In this document: piece by piece, positions 59,004 to 64,000 of the stretch
How positions within the stretch are numbered: the stretch's first letter is position 1
Layout of the letters: every line of letters begins with the position of its first letter
From: Methanobrevibacter sp.
GTDB taxonomy: Archaea; Methanobacteriota; Methanobacteria; Methanobacteriales; Methanobacteriaceae
Reading direction: 5' to 3'
DNA length: 64,000 nucleotides
Assembly: GCF_045611865.1 (NCBI RefSeq)
Contig: NZ_JAZKXX010000035.1
Span: forward strand, 26,939-90,938
Translations under genes and position numbers: made by a program
Notes under the pieces: model-generated
The model's input: only the letters and a program-made list of their open reading frames with translations
Told to the model about the DNA's origin: nothing
Databases searched by the model: none

Positions 59004-59300
59004 GAATAAAAATTAGAGTTTTTTAATAGATATAAGTTTTGAAGATGATTGTTGAGTATTAAAATGGTAATCTATAAAAAAAATTCGAAGCTACGGCAGT
59101 GCAACTTCGAATTTGAAAATTTTTCACGACTTGTTAATCAGTCATTCATATTTTTATTTTCATAGAATATAAATTAATTGGTTTGAAAAAAATTACCTCT
59201 AATAAAAAAAGCCCAAACATCCTAATTAAACTTCAAAGTAACTAATTTATCACCAAAACTTTAAATACAGAATCAAATAATGCTATTTCAAGGTGATAGA

Positions 59301-60065
59301 ATGTTAAACTTTGAAAAACTATCTAAAGTATATTTTAGTCCTTCTGGAACTACAGAAAAAATCGTGAACGAAGTTGCAAAGAATTTTAACATGAATAGAG
59401 AAAACTATGATTTGTTAAGTTTTGATAGTGAAAAAAACTTTAATAACGAATTAGTAATTTTTGGAATTCCTGTTTTTGATGGTAGAATTCCAAAATTAGC
59501 ATGCGAAAGACTTTCAAAAATGAAAGGAAATAATACCAAAGCTATTGTAATATTGAATTATGGAAATATGGACTATGGTGATGCATTACTTGAACTTACC
59601 GAACTTTTAAAAGAAAATAATTTCCAAATTGTTGGTGTAGCAACAACCGTTAGTCAAAATTCATTATTTAATCAAATAGGTCATAACCGTCCTGATGAAA
59701 GGGACCTTGAAAAAATCAATGAATTCTCACAAAAAATTGTTGAAAAACTTAAAAACAACAAAGAAAACGAAATTTTTGTAAGTGGATACAAACCATATTC
59801 CTCCTATAAAACACCAAAATTTTCAGTTAGTTGTGATAAAAATTTCTGCGTTGAATGCCTTGATTGTGTATACACCTGTCCTGAAGAAGCTATTATGGAA
59901 AATACTCCAACAATGACAAATCTTGATGATTGTACCCGTTGCAGCACTTGTATTAATGTTTGCTCAGAAGGCGCCAGATCATTTACAGGTGATGCATATA
60001 CTCATGAAATGGAAAATGCTGTTGAAAATTTCCTTGAGCGAAAAGAAGCGGAATTTTACCTCTAA
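59301..60065 (+). CDS. Flavodoxin-like domain fused to a 2x[4Fe-4S] ferredoxin domain (EFR1-like)
   Basis: N-terminal VYFSPSGTTEKI, and C-terminal CVECLDCVYTCP and CTRCSTCINVCS. ATG at 59301 follows AAGGTGA. Confidence 0.7.
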   Translation: MLNFEKLSKVYFSPSGTTEKIVNEVAKNFNMNRENYDLLSFDSEKNFNNELVIFGIPVFDGRIPKLACERLSKMKGNNTKAIVILNYGNMDYGDALLELTELLKENNFQIVGVATTVSQNSLFNQIGHNRPDERDLEKINEFSQKIVEKLKNNKENEIFVSGYKPYSSYKTPKFSVSCDKNFCVECLDCVYTCPEEAIMENTPTMTNLDDCTRCSTCINVCSEGARSFTGDAYTHEMENAVENFLERKEAEFYL

Positions 60066-60270
60066 AACTCCAACACTAGTGAAAAATCATCACTAGTGCC
60101 ATTATTTTTTTTCTTATTTTTACACCAAAACAATACTAATTTTTCCATGTTAAATTTATAATAGCTTATAATATAATATAACCTTATAAAATTGTTTTAT
60201 ATTAAAAATAGATAGTTTTAAAAATGATTAAAATAATAAAACTAAATTACAATAGAAATGAGGTTAAAAT

Positions 60271-60603
60271 ATGGAATTTAAAAACAAAATTGACAAGAAC
60301 ACATTATGTAAAAAAGATAATTTCTCAAGAAAGGACCATATAAAAGTCCATATACTTTTTAAAATAGCTGAAATCAACCAAAAGCTTAAAAAACAGGATA
60401 AAACCTACAAATACTATGAAAAAATAATTGAAATTTGTAATAAATATCCTAAAAATGAAAATATGATACTTTTCAAGATACAAACCCTTAAAAAATTAAA
60501 TAGACCATACAAACGTTTAGAATGTATCGAAAATCTGTTAAAAATAAATCCCTACAATAAAACTGCACTTTTCATTATTGCTAACTCATACAAAGGTGAA
60601 TAA
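60271..60603 (+). CDS. Small TPR-like hypothetical protein
   Basis: 110 aa, helical repeat-like (YKYYEKIIEI...KINPYNKTALFIIANSY). Confidence 0.45.
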   Translation: MEFKNKIDKNTLCKKDNFSRKDHIKVHILFKIAEINQKLKKQDKTYKYYEKIIEICNKYPKNENMILFKIQTLKKLNRPYKRLECIENLLKINPYNKTALFIIANSYKGE

Positions 60604-60604
60604 G

Positions 60605-61501
60605 ATGTTTCATAAAAATAAAATGGAGAAAATAGAAAAAAATGGGTTTAACTATCTGGAAAATGGCAAAATACTAAAAGCAAAAAGAGAATACATAAAA
60701 GGACTAGCCATAGACCCCAATAATGTGTTTATTCTCAATAATTTGGCACAAGTTTATAAAATGCTAAATGAAAAAGACAAATCAAAAGGATATTTAGAAC
60801 GATTTGTTGAAGAATGCGACAGACAGTCCGTTGGAAATGATGAGCAAATATTAATCATGAAAATATATGCTCTAGCCGACCTTAAAAGAGATTCCCAGTT
60901 TAATGAAACAGTGAACCTTTTGGTTGAATTATATCCTGAAAATACCTTTGGTTTATATCAAAAATCCATGATTCTTGAAAAAGATAAAAAACCACAAGAA
61001 GCTCTTAAATACATCAACAAAATTTTAGAACTAGATGCGCATAATATTGTTGCACTACTTGCAAAAGGCAGAAATCTTGTAGAACTTAAAGAGTACGATA
61101 AAGCAGAAGAATGTTATAATTTAGTTTTTAAAATTGAACCTAAAAATAAGGCTGCAATAAATTTGAAAGCCAAATTATTTAAAACAAAAAATAATCAGGA
61201 AAACACTATTTGCGCACATGATTTGATGTTAAAAGGAGTAGAATTTTGGGAAAGAGAAGATTTAAAAAAAGCAGATAATTTCTTAAATAAAGCTTTAGAG
61301 ATGGATTCCAGTTTTGATGAAATATGGTATTGTAGAGGAGAATTGTTTGTGAGAATGGGAAGAATTAATGATGCTATAAACTCATTTAATAAAGCGTTTG
61401 AAATAAATCCTGAAAGTGGAGGAATAGTTAAGAAAAAAGAATTTTATAAGATGCTTAATGCAATGAAAAAAGTAAACACAATTCTAGGTTATGAAAAATG
61501 A
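60605..61501 (+). CDS. Tetratricopeptide repeat protein
   Basis: Multiple TPR-like units (AKREYIKGLAIDPNN, ALKYINKILELDAHN, AEECYNLVFKIEPKN, AINSFNKAFEINPES). ATG at 60605 after GGTGA. Confidence 0.7.
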   Translation: MFHKNKMEKIEKNGFNYLENGKILKAKREYIKGLAIDPNNVFILNNLAQVYKMLNEKDKSKGYLERFVEECDRQSVGNDEQILIMKIYALADLKRDSQFNETVNLLVELYPENTFGLYQKSMILEKDKKPQEALKYINKILELDAHNIVALLAKGRNLVELKEYDKAEECYNLVFKIEPKNKAAINLKAKLFKTKNNQENTICAHDLMLKGVEFWEREDLKKADNFLNKALEMDSSFDEIWYCRGELFVRMGRINDAINSFNKAFEINPESGGIVKKKEFYKMLNAMKKVNTILGYEK

Positions 61502-61538
61502 CATCATAAATAATGATTCATTTCTTTAATTCTTTTAA

Positions 61539-61746
61539 TTATATCTTTACACAGTTGTTTTTACAGCCATTAATAACCATTATCGGCTGTTTTTTAAGCA
61601 TTGCATTATTAATACCATCTATATCGGCTGAAGTGGAACCCATACAAATAGAAATGACATTACGCTCCAACATCTCCAACTGCAACACGCCAAACCAATC
61701 CATTAGGACTCATCCCATTACACGGAGCCAATGCTACTTTTTTCAT
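61539..61746 (-). pseudogene. Frameshifted small Cys-rich (DGC-type zinc-binding-like) gene, start-coupled to the thioesterase stop
   Basis: Manual translation: ATG 61746 gives MKKVALAPCNGMSPNGLVWRVAVGDVGA-TAA (61660). The +1 frame continues ERNVISICMGSTSADIDGINNAMLKKQPIMVINGCKNNCVKI-TAA (61539). The ATGA overlap with the upstream stop supports a once-functional gene. Confidence 0.4.
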
Positions 61747-62141
61747 AATTTAAACCCTGTCCCAATAAACTGAGCAATATCTCTTCCACTATCATCAGAC
61801 ACATCAACATTAACAATAGAAGAAGTTCTACCACTTTTTCTACAAGTGGCCTTTGCTATTAATTTATTTCCTTTTGGAGCAGACAAATAATGAATATCAA
61901 CTTGCTGTGCAACAGTTAACTGGTGGATTTGATTAGATAAAACTGCAAAAGCAAAATCGGCCAAGGTAAAAATTACTCCCCCCATTACACCACCATACGC
62001 ATTTTTGTGATCATCTGTTACCTCTAAAGAGCAAATTGCTTCATTCTCAGTCAATTCATCTAAAGTGATGCCAATATTTACTGCAAATTTATCCTTGTAA
62101 AAGAACTCTCTTGCACTTTCTAATGTATCAAAATTAACCAT
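61743..62141 (-). CDS. PaaI-family hotdog-fold thioesterase
   Basis: 132 aa. NAYGGVMGGVIFTLADFAFA motif. Confidence 0.75.
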   Translation of the reverse strand: MVNFDTLESAREFFYKDKFAVNIGITLDELTENEAICSLEVTDDHKNAYGGVMGGVIFTLADFAFAVLSNQIHQLTVAQQVDIHYLSAPKGNKLIAKATCRKSGRTSSIVNVDVSDDSGRDIAQFIGTGFKL

Positions 62142-62179
62142 ATTTCACACCTAATAATAAGTTTTAGTTCACAAATTAC

Positions 62180-63316
62180 TTAAAATTTATGAACAATGGG
62201 AATTAACCAAACTAAAATTATCGAAAGTAAACAGGATATGATAACTGCTGGAGGATAAAACAAGTACCCCAATATTATACCTATCCCTACAACAATAACA
62301 GTCGAAATTAAAGGAAGATGATTTTCTAAAGCCAATGCAAGAGCAACATTTCCTTTATCTACTTCTTTTAAAGCATTTGCAGATATTATGGATAATAATG
62401 CTACAATAATAAAATCAATTCCATAACATGCCTGAGCTACAAATGAATAAAAGTTTTGTGCTACAAAAATAGACAAATATGGAATCAGAGATAAAACAAA
62501 CATTGATGCGGCGATAGACCACATAACCCTCCCATCAATTTTGTTTACAATAGAAAACAAATTATGATTATAGTTCCAATAATTAAAACAGACAATAAAA
62601 CTAATTGCATAAGCAATGAATTCAAGTTTTAAGTCAAATAATGATTCCCAAGATCCATTTACGGCCATACCTATATCAAGAACAATGACCGTTAGAATAA
62701 TAGCTACAATAGCATCAAATAATGCTTCAAATCGTTCGCTGCTTTCAATTTCAGATTTTGTCATGACAATCATCAAAAACCATAACAAAGTAGCAAAAAC
62801 ACATGAAATATAGATTCCTTGAGGATAAACAGTGTAAGTTACTAAAAATCCTATTAATATTAATAAAACAGGAACGTATCGCCTATAGTCTTTTAAATTG
62901 ATTAATTTGAGTTTTTCATTATAAGGATTTGCACGAACAACCAAATAAGTTGATAATGTGTAAAATATATTTGTTACTAGAAATAACAAACCAAACATGG
63001 TTTCAGCAGCTATTGATGTTGGATGTAGAGAAACCCAACTTGCAAAGTAAGGAATTATCGATATTATAAATATTAAAATTCCATAAACAAACACAACGGC
63101 ATTATCAATCTCATCAACAATTTGAAATAGATTGTGATCATTATACCAAGTGATGAAAATAATTAAAAAACATAATAGATATGTGATATACCTCATATTT
63201 AAACTTAAAATTGCATTTAAGGTTGCTTCAGAAGGTTGAGGTAATTTTAAAACTAAAACAGTAATAATGATTGCAAGAATTGCATCCATAAATGTTTCAA
63301 ATCTATTCGTTTGCAT
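62180..63316 (-). CDS. TMEM175/DUF1211-family K+ channel-like protein with two tandem 6-TM repeats
   Basis: The TM1 signature occurs twice: RFETFMDAILAIIITVLVL (aa 5-23) and RFEALFDAIVAIILTVIVL (aa about 195). The two halves align throughout (WYNDHNLFQIVDEID versus WNYNHNLFSIVNKID; IIPYFASWV versus LIPYLSIFV). Confidence 0.7.
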   Translation of the reverse strand: MQTNRFETFMDAILAIIITVLVLKLPQPSEATLNAILSLNMRYITYLLCFLIIFITWYNDHNLFQIVDEIDNAVVFVYGILIFIISIIPYFASWVSLHPTSIAAETMFGLLFLVTNIFYTLSTYLVVRANPYNEKLKLINLKDYRRYVPVLLILIGFLVTYTVYPQGIYISCVFATLLWFLMIVMTKSEIESSERFEALFDAIVAIILTVIVLDIGMAVNGSWESLFDLKLEFIAYAISFIVCFNYWNYNHNLFSIVNKIDGRVMWSIAASMFVLSLIPYLSIFVAQNFYSFVAQACYGIDFIIVALLSIISANALKEVDKGNVALALALENHLPLISTVIVVGIGIILGYLFYPPAVIISCLLSIILVWLIPIVHKF

Positions 63317-63505
63317 ATAAATAATGATTTAATTTTAATAATTAATAAGTTTTTAAAAATTTATCCAAATAGGAATTTTTAGAAAATATCCTTAAAGGTT
63401 AAAAAAATAGAAAAATAAACAAGGAAATCTATTAACCTAATGTGAACCACCCATCATAATGAGTAGCATCAGATTTTTTTGAAATCTCCCTGTAGAATAT
63501 CAAAC

Positions 63506-64000
63506 TTAGTCATTTGCTAAATTATCAAAGTATCCTTGGATAAATATAACTGGTGTTCCTTTATCTCCAGAACCACTGGTTAAATCACATAATGAACCAA
63601 TCAAGTCAGTTAATACTCTTGGAGTTGTTCCTTCGGTAATCATTTGTCCAGTTAAATCTTTATCTTTGCTTCTAATTTCTTCCTTAATAGCTTCTTTTAA
63701 TTCATCACCTTTCAAATCAGCGAATTTATTATCAGAAACATATTTTAGTTTAATTTCATTTGGATATCCTACCAATCCACTTGTGTGTGCTGGTGAAACA
63801 ACAGGATCCGCCAATTCCCAAATTTTTCCAACAGGATCTTTAAATGCTCCATCCCCATAAACCATTACTTCAATTTGTTTACCAGTGAGGTCAATTAATC
63901 TTTTTTGTACTTCGTTGACTAACTTATCTCCTGTTTTTGGGAATAATTTTAATCTTTCTTCTGTTGCTTTGTTAGAACCAAGTAAACCATAATCTGGATT
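63506..64000 (-). CDS. C-terminal part of a CofE-family (F420-0:gamma-glutamyl ligase-like) protein, truncated by the window edge
   Basis: The frame stays open upstream of the tracked Met to position 64000 (...NPDYGLLGSNKATEERLKLFPKTGDKLVNEVQKRLIDLTGKQIEVMVYGDGAFKDP...). The C-terminus TPRVLTDLIGSLCDLTSGSGDKGTPVIFIQGY parallels the CofE ADELASAANLVMGQ..EGIPVVIVRGY. The central motifs diverge from canonical CofE. Confidence 0.45.
   Translation of the reverse strand, partial: NPDYGLLGSNKATEERLKLFPKTGDKLVNEVQKRLIDLTGKQIEVMVYGDGAFKDPVGKIWELADPVVSPAHTSGLVGYPNEIKLKYVSDNKFADLKGDELKEAIKEEIRSKDKDLTGQMITEGTTPRVLTDLIGSLCDLTSGSGDKGTPVIFIQGYFDNLAND

Noticed and set aside
60271-61501. Two adjacent TPR-like ORFs (stop at 60603, next ATG at 60605, different frames) as a single gene split by a frameshift.
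   Set aside because: This is possible, but the junction has a good RBS (GGTGA) and ATG for the second ORF. I see no repeat unit clearly spanning the break, so I kept them as two genes.
61513-61773. 86-aa + strand ORF between the TPR gene and the thioesterase gene.
   Set aside because: It overlaps the thioesterase 3' end. The minus strand carries a start-coupled, Cys-motif-containing (though frameshifted) reading that is a better explanation.

Overview
AT-rich archaeal chromosome segment. The gene content points to a methanogen of the Methanobacteriales, Methanobrevibacter-like: an MtrA-like corrinoid protein, a CfbE-like F430 ligase, methanofuran-type genes, CDP-archaeol synthase next to a tetraether-synthase-like radical SAM enzyme, aIF5A, and pyruvoyl arginine decarboxylase. 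I found no rRNA, tRNA, CRISPR array or recognisable IS or transposase.

Most of the window is housekeeping:
- Lipid, cofactor and tRNA-modification genes (0-8 kb).
- A metal block (10.7-18.9 kb) holding a family-5 SBP ABC importer, a Zn/Cd-type P1B ATPase with an extraordinary His/Cys-rich N-terminus, and an ArsR repressor with palindromic operator candidates.
- his/rib/arg/pyr genes (22.8-26 kb).
- A purine, arginine, polyamine and hypusine neighbourhood (42-49 kb).
- NAD kinase, cfbE-like and hemC genes (49-53 kb).

The interval of about 30.3-39.9 kb looks accessory. It contains orphan hypothetical genes and a glycan flippase/polymerase cluster. It also contains a G+C-richer, bacterial-type esterase bracketed by a roughly 40-bp two-box direct repeat, with a third copy about 6 kb upstream. 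Other features there are AATCATCAA iterations, two orphan copies of the hsp20 promoter and leader, and a protease gene remnant.

Best candidates for something undescribed:
- A tightly coupled HIRAN plus DUF6569/ARPP-1-like gene pair (55.0-56.4 kb).
- A tandem-duplicated, 12-TM TMEM175/DUF1211 channel (62.2-63.3 kb).
- The repeat-bracketed cassette and orphan promoter copies in the island.

All family assignments come from motif recognition by eye and memory. No searches were run.
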